The notes below the pieces were generated by a model that saw only the letters and a program-made list of their open reading frames with translations, was not told the DNA's origin and did not search any database. The translations under genes were made by a program, and so were the position numbers. 48,669 nucleotides of DNA, from IMG/VR virus record IMGVR_UViG_3300044699_000043, positions 1 to 48,669 of that record. One strand, 5' to 3'. Of the stretch, positions 10,738 to 21,300 are shown in pieces. Within the stretch, counting starts at the first letter, position 1. Every line of letters begins with the position of its first letter. Origin of the DNA: a virus (Duplodnaviria; Caudoviricetes).

Positions 10738-11991
10738 GTGACTATCAAAGACCGTTTGATCCATGCCTGGAACGCTTTTGTAAATCTGGATCAACATTCG
10801 CCGTTCCAAACAGCAGGAACGTCTTATGGATCTCGTCCGGATCGAACTCGCCTCAGGTTCGCGAACGAACGCTCGATCATTTCTGCCATTTACAATCGTA
10901 TCGCGATTGATGTGGCTGATTTATCGATCAAGCATGTTCGTCTCGATGATGAAGATCGCTTCTCGGAAGTAATCAAAAGCGGTTTGAATGAATGCCTCAA
11001 CACCGAGGCGAATATCGACCAAGCGGCGCGAGCATTTCGTCAAGACATCGTGATGACATTGTTCGACGAAGGAACAATTGCGATCGTTCCTGTCGATACG
11101 ACACTGAACCCGAATGTGTCGGGAAGCTTCGACATCAAAACAATGCGCGTCGGAAAGATCATCAAGTGGGAACCGGAGCACGTCGGCGTTTCCCTCTACA
11201 ACGAGCAAATTGGACGGCGCGAAGATGTCACCGTCGGCAAGGGTTTTACGGCCATTGTCGAAAATCCTCTCTACGCCGTAATGAATGAGCCGAACTCCAC
11301 ATTGCAGCGCCTCATTCGGAAGTTGAACCTTCTGGATGCGGTCGATGAGCAGTCGAGTTCTGGCAAGTTGGACATGATCATTCAGCTGCCGTATGTGATT
11401 AAGTCGGATAGCCGACGAAAGCAGGCGGAGCAGCGAAGGAAAGACATTGAGTTCCAGCTGAAGGGTAGTCAATACGGAATCGCCTACACGGACGGTACCG
11501 AAAAGATTACTCAGCTGAACCGACCGGCAGAAAACAACCTTCTGAAGCAGGTTGAGTATCTTACTCAACTTCTGTACAGCCAGTTGGGTATCACCGAGGA
11601 TGTCATGAACGGTACGGCATCGGCCGAAGTGATGCAGAATTACTACAACCGAACTTTGAAGCCAATCATCGAAGCAATTGTCGAAGCGATGCGGCGAACC
11701 TTCTTGACCAAGACGGCTCGAGCTCAAGGTCAAAGTATCGTTTACTTCTACGACCCATTCAGCATCATCCCTGTGAAGGAATTGGCCGAGATCGCTGATA
11801 AATTCGCACGGAACGAAATCTTGACGTCGAACGAATTCCGTCAAATCGTGGGTCGACCTCCGGCTAAGGACAAGAAGGCCGATCAACTCCGCAACAGCAA
11901 TATGCCAAATGATAAACTCGGCTTGGAACCAAAACCGCCCACCATCAAGGTTCCTTCTGCTCGAGTCGAACAGCCAGCGATAGAGCCGTGA
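10738..11991 (+). CDS. Portal protein
   Basis: Follows terL, 417 aa, IAIDVA, EANIDQ and LTSNEFRQIVG (HK97-type portal). Confidence 0.9.
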   Translation: MTIKDRLIHAWNAFVNLDQHSPFQTAGTSYGSRPDRTRLRFANERSIISAIYNRIAIDVADLSIKHVRLDDEDRFSEVIKSGLNECLNTEANIDQAARAFRQDIVMTLFDEGTIAIVPVDTTLNPNVSGSFDIKTMRVGKIIKWEPEHVGVSLYNEQIGRREDVTVGKGFTAIVENPLYAVMNEPNSTLQRLIRKLNLLDAVDEQSSSGKLDMIIQLPYVIKSDSRRKQAEQRRKDIEFQLKGSQYGIAYTDGTEKITQLNRPAENNLLKQVEYLTQLLYSQLGITEDVMNGTASAEVMQNYYNRTLKPIIEAIVEAMRRTFLTKTARAQGQSIVYFYDPFSIIPVKELAEIADKFARNEILTSNEFRQIVGRPPAKDKKADQLRNSNMPNDKLGLEPKPPTIKVPSARVEQPAIEP

Positions 11992-12026
11992 GCGTGAACT
12001 CGCTCTGAACATGAAAGGAGACAGCC

Positions 12027-14030
12027 GTGGATGACCACGATTTCGGTGGTTACGCGACCAAGGTTGGTCTCAAGTGCTCGGACGGGCGAACGATCACGTC
12101 CGATGCTTTCAAGCACATGGACGGGCAGGAGATTCCTCTCGTCTGGCAGCACGTACACGACACCCCCGACAACATCCTCGGTCACGCGAAACTCGAACAT
12201 CGCGAGAACGATGGGACCTACGCATTCTGCTACTTCAACGACACTCCGTCGGCGAAGAATGCCAAGCTGCTGGTCGAACACAAGGACGTCAAGGCTCTTT
12301 CGATCTATGCCAATCAGCTGGTCGAGAAGAACAAGAAGGTCCTGCATGGTGAGCTGTGCGAAGTCAGTCTCGTTCTGAAGGGCGCGAATCCCGGAGCGAA
12401 GATCGACTATGTTCGCGTGGCTCACGGCGATGACGTAGAAGTCCTCGCCGACGAAGCCGTTATCTACACGGACACCGGTCTCGAACTTCGTCATGCCGGC
12501 GACAAGAAGACGTATCAGGACGTCTACGAGACGCTGGACACGGACCAGCAGGAACTCTTCGACTTCATGCTGAAGCAGGCTCTCGGCGACAGCGGGGCCG
12601 CGAAGCATTCGTCGGAAGGCGACAAGCCAGAAGACGAGAATGACGAAGAAGGCACGAAAGCCGGCGAGGATGACAAGCCGGATGAGGATGACAAGAACGA
12701 AGAGACCGTGGACGACCCGGCTCTCGAGCACAAGGAGAACGACGAGATGACGCGCAACGTCTTCGAGAACAACAAGGATGGCAAGGGCGGCCCCGGCGAA
12801 GTCAAGCGCGGCGGAACGCTGACCCACTCGCAGATTCAGACCCTGGTCGACGACGGGCACAAGCTGGGCTCCTTCAAGGAGGCCGTTCTCGCGCACGCGG
12901 AAGACTACGGCATCACCAACATCGAGATGCTTTTTCCTGACGCGCAGGCCATCGACAACAAGCCCGAGTGGATCACTCGGCGCATGGAGTGGGTCGAGGG
13001 CGTTCTCAATGGCACTCGGAAGCTCCCCTGGTCCAAGATCAAGTCGATGTCTGCGGATCTGACCCACGAAGACGCGCGCGCCAAGGGCTACATCAAGGCC
13101 ACCATGAAGAAGGAGCAGTTCTTCACGATCGCCAAGCGTGAAACCACGCCCAAGACGATCTACAAGAAGCAGAAGCTCGACCGCGACGACATCATCGACA
13201 TCACCGACTTCGATGTCGTGGCCTGGCTCTGGGTCGAGATGTACTTCATGCTTCGCGAGGAGATCGCCCGCGCCATCCTGGTCGGTGACGGACGTGAGAT
13301 CGACGACGAGGACAAGATCGACGAGACCAAGATCCGTCCGATCGCCTTCGACGACCCGTTCTACACCGATGTCATCAATGTCCCCGCCAACGTCGCTTCG
13401 GGCGATCTGATCGAGGCCGTTCTCCGCGGGCGGAACAGGTACAGGGGTACCGCACCAAAGGCGTACATGACCAACGCGGTCATGGTCGACATGCTCCTCT
13501 CCAAGGACAGCCTGGGTCGCCGGTTCTACAACACCACGGCCGATCTCGCCGCTGCTCTGGGCGTTTCCGAGATCGTCGAGGTTCCGGTTCTCGAGGGCGT
13601 TCAGCGTGACGGCGCCGAAGTTCTGATGATCATCGTCAATCTCGGCGACTATGCAGTCGGTTCGACCCGTGGTGGCGAAATCACCAAGTTCGACGACTTC
13701 GACATCGACTACAACCAGAACAAGTACCTGATCGAAGGCCGGATGTCCGGCGCACTGCAGAACTACAAGCGTGCGCAGATCGTTCTCCGCGGTTCGGGCA
13801 CTCTGGCCACTCCGACGGCTCCGACCTTCGTCACGAGCACCGGTGTCGCAACCATCCCGACTGTCACCGGCGTCACCTACAAGAACCAGACGACCGGCGC
13901 GACCCTTTCGTCCGGCGCGCAGACCGCCATCGCCGCGGGTGCTTCGATCTCCATCGTGGCTGTTCCCAACACCGGCTACTACTTCCCGCACAACTTCGAC
14001 GCGGACTGGACCTTCACCCGCGATCTGTAA
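12027..14030 (+). CDS. Prohead protease-scaffold-major capsid fusion
   Basis: N-terminal HK97-type protease (PLVWQH, LSIYA, EVSLVLKGANPGA), an acidic linker, a capsid domain (EEIARAILVGDG) and a Thr-rich C-terminal domain. Confidence 0.9.
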   Translation: MDDHDFGGYATKVGLKCSDGRTITSDAFKHMDGQEIPLVWQHVHDTPDNILGHAKLEHRENDGTYAFCYFNDTPSAKNAKLLVEHKDVKALSIYANQLVEKNKKVLHGELCEVSLVLKGANPGAKIDYVRVAHGDDVEVLADEAVIYTDTGLELRHAGDKKTYQDVYETLDTDQQELFDFMLKQALGDSGAAKHSSEGDKPEDENDEEGTKAGEDDKPDEDDKNEETVDDPALEHKENDEMTRNVFENNKDGKGGPGEVKRGGTLTHSQIQTLVDDGHKLGSFKEAVLAHAEDYGITNIEMLFPDAQAIDNKPEWITRRMEWVEGVLNGTRKLPWSKIKSMSADLTHEDARAKGYIKATMKKEQFFTIAKRETTPKTIYKKQKLDRDDIIDITDFDVVAWLWVEMYFMLREEIARAILVGDGREIDDEDKIDETKIRPIAFDDPFYTDVINVPANVASGDLIEAVLRGRNRYRGTAPKAYMTNAVMVDMLLSKDSLGRRFYNTTADLAAALGVSEIVEVPVLEGVQRDGAEVLMIIVNLGDYAVGSTRGGEITKFDDFDIDYNQNKYLIEGRMSGALQNYKRAQIVLRGSGTLATPTAPTFVTSTGVATIPTVTGVTYKNQTTGATLSSGAQTAIAAGASISIVAVPNTGYYFPHNFDADWTFTRDL

Positions 14031-14041
14031 GGAGTGACGGA

Positions 14042-14365
14042 ATGGCAAGGTTTTATGGGAAGGTCGGGTACGGCGAAGACGTCAATCAGGGCAATGGTGT
14101 CTGGAAGACGGTAATCACCGAAAAAATCTACTCTGGTGATATCGTTCGCGACTACCGAAGGTCGGTTCAGGGTGAGAAAGTGAACAACGACCTCACCACA
14201 TCAACCGCGGTCTCGATCGTCTCCGATTCGTACGCGAACAATCATTTCTTTGCCATTCGGTACGTGGAGTGGGCGGGGGTGCTCTGGGAAGTGACTGGTG
14301 TCGACCAAGCGCACCCCCGTCTTGTTCTGCAGTTGGGAGGGAAATACAATGGCCCTACGGTCTGA
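14042..14365 (+). CDS. Head-to-tail stopper (putative)
   Basis: Position after the capsid gene. RYVEWAGVLWEVT..PRLVL.LGG.YNG. Confidence 0.65.
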   Translation: MARFYGKVGYGEDVNQGNGVWKTVITEKIYSGDIVRDYRRSVQGEKVNNDLTTSTAVSIVSDSYANNHFFAIRYVEWAGVLWEVTGVDQAHPRLVLQLGGKYNGPTV

Positions 14366-14648
14366 GCTTCAAGCGAAGCTCCAAGCCATCTGTCCAAATG
14401 TATATTTCCAACCACCCGCCACTGTACAAATGGCGTACCCCGCAATCGTGTATGAGCGGTCTCGTGCGGATTCTAAATTTGCCGATGACTTCGCATACCT
14501 CATCACAAAACAATACAGCCTGAAGTTGATAAGCCAGAATCCGGACGAAAGCATGTTCGAAGCGGTCGCCGCCCTTCCGATGTGCGCTCACCAACGGTTC
14601 TTTGTCGTGGATAATCTGAATCACGACGTGTTCAACATCTACTTCTGA
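14349..14648 (+). CDS. Tail terminator (putative)
   Basis: NVYFQPP...YPAIVYER...DNLNHDVFNIYF. Precedes the major tail gene. Confidence 0.65.
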   Translation: MALRSELQAKLQAICPNVYFQPPATVQMAYPAIVYERSRADSKFADDFAYLITKQYSLKLISQNPDESMFEAVAALPMCAHQRFFVVDNLNHDVFNIYF

Positions 14649-14661
14649 AAGGAAAGTCCAC

Positions 14662-15546
14662 ATGACGAAGATCACGTGGGACAACACGGGCGAGCGCACG
14701 TACGAAACCGGTGTCGATCACGGTGTGCTGTACGAGCGCGATGAAGCCGGTGAGTACTCGACTGGTGTGGCATGGAACGGTTTGACCACCGTCACCGAGT
14801 CTCCCGCGGGCGCGGAAGCAACCCCGACGTACGCGGACAACATCAAGTACCTGAACCTCGTTTCGGTCGAGACTTTCGGCGCGACGATCGAGGCGTACAC
14901 GTACCCGCCCGAGTTCGAGAAGTACGACGGCAACGCGACGCCGACTCCTGGCGTCAGCATCGGGCAGCAGACCCGAAAGCCATTCGGTTTCTGCTACCGC
15001 ACTCGCAAGGGAAACGATGTCGAAGCCACCGACTTCGGCTACAAGCTGCACATGGTCTACGGCGCTCTGGCTGCTCCGTCGGAGAAGGCGTACGCCACGA
15101 TCAGCGATTCCCCTGAGGCAATCACCTTCTCCTGGGAGGTCACAACCAACCCGGTCTCGGTCGGAACGGTGGGTGGGGTCGACTACGCCCCCACGGCCAG
15201 CATCACCATCGACAGCACCAAGGTCGACCCGGCCAAGCTCGCCATTCTGGAGACTCAGTTGTACGGCGATGCTTCCAACGACCCGTCGATGCCGATGCCG
15301 GCTGATGTGATCACCATGATGACGACGACCACCACTCTGGCCACCCCGACGGAGCCGGCATACAACGCTGGTACCCACACGATCACCATCCCGACTGTCA
15401 CCGGCGTCAAGTACACCGTCGGTGGAGTCACCAAGCCGCCGGGTGCCCTGGTCATCACCACGGACACGCTCGTCAAGGCGTACCCGCTGGCCGGATACCA
15501 CTTCCCGGCCGTCGTGGATGACGACTGGTTCTACTCCTACAGCTAG
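14662..15546 (+). CDS. Major tail protein
   Basis: YETGVDHGVLY, WNGLTTVTESP, YADNIKY, IEAYTYP. Highly biased codon usage. Confidence 0.88.
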   Translation: MTKITWDNTGERTYETGVDHGVLYERDEAGEYSTGVAWNGLTTVTESPAGAEATPTYADNIKYLNLVSVETFGATIEAYTYPPEFEKYDGNATPTPGVSIGQQTRKPFGFCYRTRKGNDVEATDFGYKLHMVYGALAAPSEKAYATISDSPEAITFSWEVTTNPVSVGTVGGVDYAPTASITIDSTKVDPAKLAILETQLYGDASNDPSMPMPADVITMMTTTTTLATPTEPAYNAGTHTITIPTVTGVKYTVGGVTKPPGALVITTDTLVKAYPLAGYHFPAVVDDDWFYSYS

Positions 15547-15566
15547 TGAACGAAGGAGGGCAGAGA

Positions 15567-16097
15567 ATGCTCGAGATTAACGTGGTTTTGCAGGATTCCT
15601 ACGACGAAACCACGGAAACATTCGTCAAAACCAAGACTGTCAAAGTCACTCTCGAGCATTCTCTGTTCACCGTGTCAAAATGGGAGTCTGTTTGGGAAGA
15701 ACCTTTCCTAAGCAATAAAGACAAAACCCAGAAACAGACACTTTCATACATCGAAATGATGATCGTCGACGAAGAACTTCCTCCGGGGGTTTTCCAGAAA
15801 CTCGTTAGTGATCATCTAGAAGAAGTAATGGCTTATGTGCAGGCTCCGATGACTGCCAAGGTCATTGCTAAAGATCCTCGAGCTACTCCGTCTAGGGAAA
15901 TCGTCACTTCGGAGTTGATCTATTACTGGATGATCTCCATGAACATTCCAGTACAGTTCGAACATTGGCATTTGAATCGGTTGATGAATCTCATTCAAGT
16001 GTTCAACCTGAAGAACTCTCCGAAAAGGAAGATGACCGCTAAGGAGCGGCAAGATCTGAATCGACAAAGACTGAAGCAGCACAACACCAGGGGCTAA
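15567..16097 (+). CDS. Tail assembly chaperone (putative)
   Basis: Follows the major tail gene. LEHSL..SKWES, TSELIYYWM, WHLNRL. RBS AAGGAGG. Confidence 0.55.
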   Translation: MLEINVVLQDSYDETTETFVKTKTVKVTLEHSLFTVSKWESVWEEPFLSNKDKTQKQTLSYIEMMIVDEELPPGVFQKLVSDHLEEVMAYVQAPMTAKVIAKDPRATPSREIVTSELIYYWMISMNIPVQFEHWHLNRLMNLIQVFNLKNSPKRKMTAKERQDLNRQRLKQHNTRG

Positions 16098-16106
16098 GGA
16101 GGTGTG

Positions 16107-16856
16107 ATGGCAAGAATCAATTGGTCCAAGAGTGGGGATCGCACCTTCGAAGCGGGGATAGATCACGGAGTGCTTTATGTGTCCGGCATTGCTGGTGTTC
16201 CGTGGATCGGCTTGATAGACGTTACCCATGCCCAGAGTGGCGGTGAGGTAAAGCCTCGATGGTTGGACGGCATCAAGATCGGAAACCGTACATCTCCTGA
16301 ACAATTCGAAGCGACAATCGAGGCGTATACCTATCCGCTGGAGTTTGAGCGCTGCGATGGAACTTACCGAGGAGAAAACGGCCTTCGACTCACACAACAA
16401 AGGCGTAAGCCTTTCGGAATGGTGTATCGATCTCAGGTTGGGGACGAACTAAAGGGTTTGTCTCTGGGCTACAAGCTTCATATCATGTACAACCTGAAAG
16501 CCGAACCATCTGAGCATGGGTACAAGTCGCTTACCGATCAAACCGAACCGCTTACGTTTAGTTGGAAGGTAACTTCTCGAGCGGTGCAGGTTACGGGGTT
16601 CCGTCCCACCGCCCACTTCATTGTAGACTCGAGGGATGTTCCCGCTGAGCTCCTACAAGAGTTGGAAGATACTCTTTTCGGAACCGAGGACACGGATCCC
16701 ACTCTCCCCACGCCTGGGGAACTGATGTTCTTGTTCGATTCATACGACGATCTCGTTTATGACGCGGGAACGCCATACACCCCCGTCTTTGAGACCTATG
16801 ACGCGGGAACACCCAGTACTCCGGTCACAAGCACTATTGATGGAGGTGCGCTGTAA
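16107..16856 (+). CDS. Second major-tail-protein paralog
   Basis: FEAGIDHGVLY, IEAYTYP, QQRRKPFG, GYKLHIMY and TFSW shared with 14662..15546. Confidence 0.8.
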   Translation: MARINWSKSGDRTFEAGIDHGVLYVSGIAGVPWIGLIDVTHAQSGGEVKPRWLDGIKIGNRTSPEQFEATIEAYTYPLEFERCDGTYRGENGLRLTQQRRKPFGMVYRSQVGDELKGLSLGYKLHIMYNLKAEPSEHGYKSLTDQTEPLTFSWKVTSRAVQVTGFRPTAHFIVDSRDVPAELLQELEDTLFGTEDTDPTLPTPGELMFLFDSYDDLVYDAGTPYTPVFETYDAGTPSTPVTSTIDGGAL

Positions 16857-18004
16857 TGGCAGTAGGCACACGAATGCAGCAACGGCGCGCCACTGCTGCC
16901 GACTGGAACACGTCCGACTACTTGTTAGCTGCTGGGGAACTCGGAATCACTCTCGATACCGGCATCATCAAAATCGGCGATGGAGTAAACACGTGGACTG
17001 AGCTCCCGATCGCTTTCGATGCTCAGTATCTCCCATTGCTGGGCAAGGCCGCGGATTCAGAGCTGATTGACGGCGTAAGTGTTGAGTCCCTCGTCAAGGT
17101 TGCCGACACGGACGTAAATGCCACGAACAACACCTACGTCAAGAGAACTGCCGACGGCGGTGTCAAAGGTACGGATGCCACCGAATCGAGTGAACTGACA
17201 ACTCTGTCGCAGGTAAACGCAGTTGCGCTTGCGGCAAAGCAATTGTCGATCGTTCGTACAGTTACGGCGAATACCACGCTTGACATTAACGACGTCGGCA
17301 AGATGGTTATGGTGAACCATTCGTCATTGACGGCGCAGGTCACAGTGACTATCCCGTTGAACGCTTCTGTTCCATATCCCCTCGGTACACAGATCACCAT
17401 CTGCGCAAATGGCGCTGGTGGCGCAAAAATCGGTGGTTCTGGAATCACCATGCGCGGTAAGTACAACGTCATGCCTGGATACGGCACGATCATACTCACC
17501 AAGATCAACACCGACACTTGGCTGGGTGAGGAAAGCAAGCAAGGACGCTTTCCGAGGATCAAAGTCGTTCGAACCGGTAGCGGTCAGTCTTACGGTGCCG
17601 CATATGCTTTCGTTCCCTTCAATTCGGTGGATTCGACCGAAACGTACAACCCCGATGACGAATGGTTCAGCATTCCGGGTACCGGGTTGAGTACTGCTCG
17701 TCGAATCATCATCAACAAAGACGGCGAATATCAATTCAACGTAAGTCTCGCCATGCAGGGAACTTCTGCTATCACATATGCACGTATTGCGAAGATGACG
17801 GCCGACAACAGTACAAGCGGAATGAAGATCAAGGGCGTTGACAGCATGCAGGCCGTTTGCTGCTTCGCCAAAACATTTCGCGTTACCGCTGGCGAATCTT
17901 TTGGTATTCATCACGGCTTTGCAACCGGTTGCACTGACAAAGCCGACGATGAAGCTGCCGGAAACGACCCGCATCACTTCTCGATTATGCGCGTCGGCGA
18001 CTGA
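16856..18004 (+). CDS. Minor tail/fibre protein with Mtd-N/hyaluronidase-like N-terminus
   Basis: QQRRATAADW...LAAGELGITLDT..KIGDG..W.ELP. Confidence 0.7.
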   Translation: MAVGTRMQQRRATAADWNTSDYLLAAGELGITLDTGIIKIGDGVNTWTELPIAFDAQYLPLLGKAADSELIDGVSVESLVKVADTDVNATNNTYVKRTADGGVKGTDATESSELTTLSQVNAVALAAKQLSIVRTVTANTTLDINDVGKMVMVNHSSLTAQVTVTIPLNASVPYPLGTQITICANGAGGAKIGGSGITMRGKYNVMPGYGTIILTKINTDTWLGEESKQGRFPRIKVVRTGSGQSYGAAYAFVPFNSVDSTETYNPDDEWFSIPGTGLSTARRIIINKDGEYQFNVSLAMQGTSAITYARIAKMTADNSTSGMKIKGVDSMQAVCCFAKTFRVTAGESFGIHHGFATGCTDKADDEAAGNDPHHFSIMRVGD

Positions 18005-18016
18005 TCTGGAGGACTA

Positions 18017-18394
18017 ATGGTCTCCATCTCGTCCGAGGGCTCGTTTGATAGGACCGAGAAGTTTTTGCAAGCCATGGTTAAGCTGGATATAGGTCGTATC
18101 TTGGATGCGGAAGCTCAGAAAGGTGTAGCAGCCCTTTCGAAAGCCACCCCCCAGGATTCCGGGCGTGCCGCCACCTCATGGGGGTACAAGATCGAGAAGA
18201 CCAACAGCTCAGTGACCATTGGTTGGACGAACTCGGACGTAGAGAATGGTTTTCCCGTCGCTCTGATGATTCAGTACGGTCACGGTACGGGAACCGGCGG
18301 CTATATCCAAGGACGAGACTACATTAACCCGGCGATGCGACCTATATTTGATCAGATCGCAGAAACTGTATGGAAGGCGGTGACCTCTGCATGA
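18017..18394 (+). CDS. HK97 gp10-like tail/neck component
   Basis: ATPQDSG..A.SW, IQYGHGT..GGYIQGRDYINPA. Confidence 0.7.
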   Translation: MVSISSEGSFDRTEKFLQAMVKLDIGRILDAEAQKGVAALSKATPQDSGRAATSWGYKIEKTNSSVTIGWTNSDVENGFPVALMIQYGHGTGTGGYIQGRDYINPAMRPIFDQIAETVWKAVTSA

Positions 18395-21300
18395 GCAGCA
18401 TTGACGAACGCATTGTTCGAATGAAATTCGACAATGCTCAATTCAGTCAGGGCGCGAGTTCTACCCTGAAAATGCTGGATCAGCTAAAAGCGGCTCTGAA
18501 ATTTGAGGGCGCTGCCAATGGACTGAACGAAGCCAGTGCCGCGGTGGGTCGCTTCTCTACCGCGGGAGCACAAGAGCAGGTTTCCGGTCTATCGCAGAAA
18601 TTCAGCGCTCTACAGGTTGCTGCGATCACGGCCTTGGCGAATATCACGAGCAAAGCGGTGGATGCTGGCCTTTCGCTGGCCAAATCGCTCACGCTCGAAC
18701 CAATCATGTCCGGGTTCCACGAATATGAGACAAATCTTAATTCGATCCAGACGATTCTGGCGAACACAGGGCTGAAAGGTGCCGAGGGACTTCAGAAAGT
18801 TAATTCAGCCCTCGACGAACTGAATCACTATGCCGATCAAACGATCTACAACTTCTCCGAGATGGCTCGGAATATCGGTACCTTCACAGCTGCCGGTGTT
18901 ACTCTTGATGTCGCGTCAAACGCCATCAAGGGCATCGCGAATCTGGCGGCTGTTTCTGGATCGAATGCCGAGCAAGCTTCTTCGGCAATGTACCAGCTCT
19001 CCCAAGCGATCTCGGCCGGTAAGGTCACGCTGGAAGACTGGAACTCGGTCGTCAATGCCGGCATGGGCGGCAAGGTATTCCAAGATGCACTCATGGACAC
19101 GGCTCGAGTCCATGGTGTTGCGGTCGACAAGATCGTCAAGGATGAAGGATCGTTCCGACTCAGTCTGCAAAAGGGCTGGCTTACTAGTAACATTCTGACA
19201 GAGACCCTCAGTAAGTTCACAGGTGATCTGACAGCCGATCAGCTGAAGTCGATGGGTTACAACCAGCAACAAATTGCTGGTATTCTTGAAATGGGCAAGA
19301 CGGCCGTCGATGCGGCCACCAAAGTAAAGACCATGACTCAGCTGATCGACACACTGCGAGAAGCAGTCGGATCTGGCTGGGCAAAGACTTGGCAGATTGT
19401 CTTTGGCGATTTCGACGAAGCCAAGGGTCTGTTCACCGAAGTCAACAATGTTCTCGGTGGGATGATCCAAAAGTCCGCCGAAGCCCGAAACAATCTACTT
19501 CAGGGTTGGAAAGATCTCGGTGGTCGTCAGGCTCTGATCGATGGTATATCCAACGCATTCAAAGCGTTGATGTCGATTCTGACACCGATCAAGGACGCAT
19601 TCCGAGACATATTCCCGGCGACTACCGCCCAACAGCTTTACAACATGACGACCGCATTCCGTGACTTCATGCAGAAGCTGATATTGGGTTCCGAAACCGC
19701 GGATAACCTCCGGAGGACATTCGCGGGTTTCTTTGCGATCTTGGGAATAGGCTGGGAGCTTCTTAAGGCCGGCGTCAAGTTCATATTTGATCTGCTCGGA
19801 GCTCTTACTTCAGGCTCTGGCGGATTCTTGAAGTTCACCGGAAATATCGGCGATTTCCTGGTTGCGCTCCACAAAGCAATCAAGGACGGCGATGCTTTCG
19901 GGAAGATCTTCGGCGTTCTAGGGAAAATTCTCCAGGTCCCCATCAATCTTCTCAAAGCTCTTGGAACGCTGCTCGGGAACTTGTTCTCCGGCGCAAAGGA
20001 TGGGGCGACTGCGGCCAAGGACGGTATAACCGGCTTGACCGAATCGCTTAGCCCGATGCAAAAGCTAGGCAGCGTTATCAAGTCCATTTGGGCTGGAATT
20101 CTCAGTCTCTTCACGAGTATTTCGCAGAAAGTCCAGCAGGTTGCTAAGGACTTCATTCAATGGGCATCCGGGGTCGGCGCAGCTATATCTGGCGCCCTGG
20201 GTGGAAAGCTGGACTTCAGCGCGATTCTCAAAGCTGTAAACACCGGCTTGTTCGCTACGCTGGTCGTGGCGCTGAAGAAGTTCATGTCGAGTATCGGCGA
20301 TAAAGGCCCTGGGGGTTTCCTCAACAGCCTTAAAGATTCTTTGGACGCGCTTACCGGCGCGCTGAAGGGTATGCAGAATGCTCTGAATGCCGCAGCTCTC
20401 TTGGCCATTGCTGCGGCAATCGGTATTCTGACGCTGTCCGTCATCGCTCTGTCGAAGATCGATAACGAAGGAATTACTCGAGCATCAATTGCAATCGGCG
20501 TGATGTTCGCACAACTCAGCATCGCATTCAAAGCCCTTGATGCGATCAGCACTATGGGTTCCGCTGCAAAAATCACCGTACTTTCCGCCGGTTTGATCTT
20601 GCTGGCGGTGGCCGTCCGAATTCTGACAAGCTCGGTTGAAAAACTGGCCGAGATCCCATTCTCTAGTCTGATCAAGGGCCTCGGTGCTCTGGTTGTTATA
20701 TTGCTGGCTGTCGCTGGCACGACCAGACTGATGGAATCGAATAACCCCGGCATAATAAAGACCGCGGCTGGTTTGGTTATTCTGGCCGCAGCTATCAGAT
20801 TACTCGTCACTTCTGTCGAAGCTCTCGGTGGAATGGATTGGGGCAGTCTCGCCAAGGGTTTGACTGGTGTTGCTGTCTTGCTGACTTCTCTGGCCCTCTT
20901 CACCAAGTTTGCGGAAGCAGACAAGGGTGGGATCGGCACAGGCGTTGGGCTGATTCTTCTGGCTACGGCTTTGAAGATTCTGGCTAGTGCTGTCGGAGAC
21001 TTTGCTCAGTTCAGCTGGGGTGAATTGGCCAAGGGGATGGCGTCTGTCGCCGTTGGTCTTGGTTTGATTACTGCAGCAATGAATTTGCTGCCGACGGGAT
21101 CGGTTCTCAAGGCGGCCGGTGTCGTAGTAGTGGCCGCGGCTTTGGAAATCATCGCCGATGCTGTAGGTAAAATGGGAAGTCTTTCCTGGGGTGAAATCGC
21201 CCGGGGATTGACTGTGATGGCCGCCTCGCTGTTGGCTATCTCTCTGGCTATCGGCCTACTTCCGCCCACGTCTCTGGTCAGTGCTGCCGGTATTCTTGTT

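Noticed and set aside
6393-15683. GTCAAAATGG at 6393 and 15674 as a late promoter
   Set aside because: Only two copies were seen, one inside a coding sequence. Chance 10-mer repeats are expected in a genome this size.
15780-15795. GGGGGTTTT as a tail-chaperone slippery site
   Set aside because: It is not in X XXY YYZ register with the reading frame, and no downstream chaperone extension ORF is evident.
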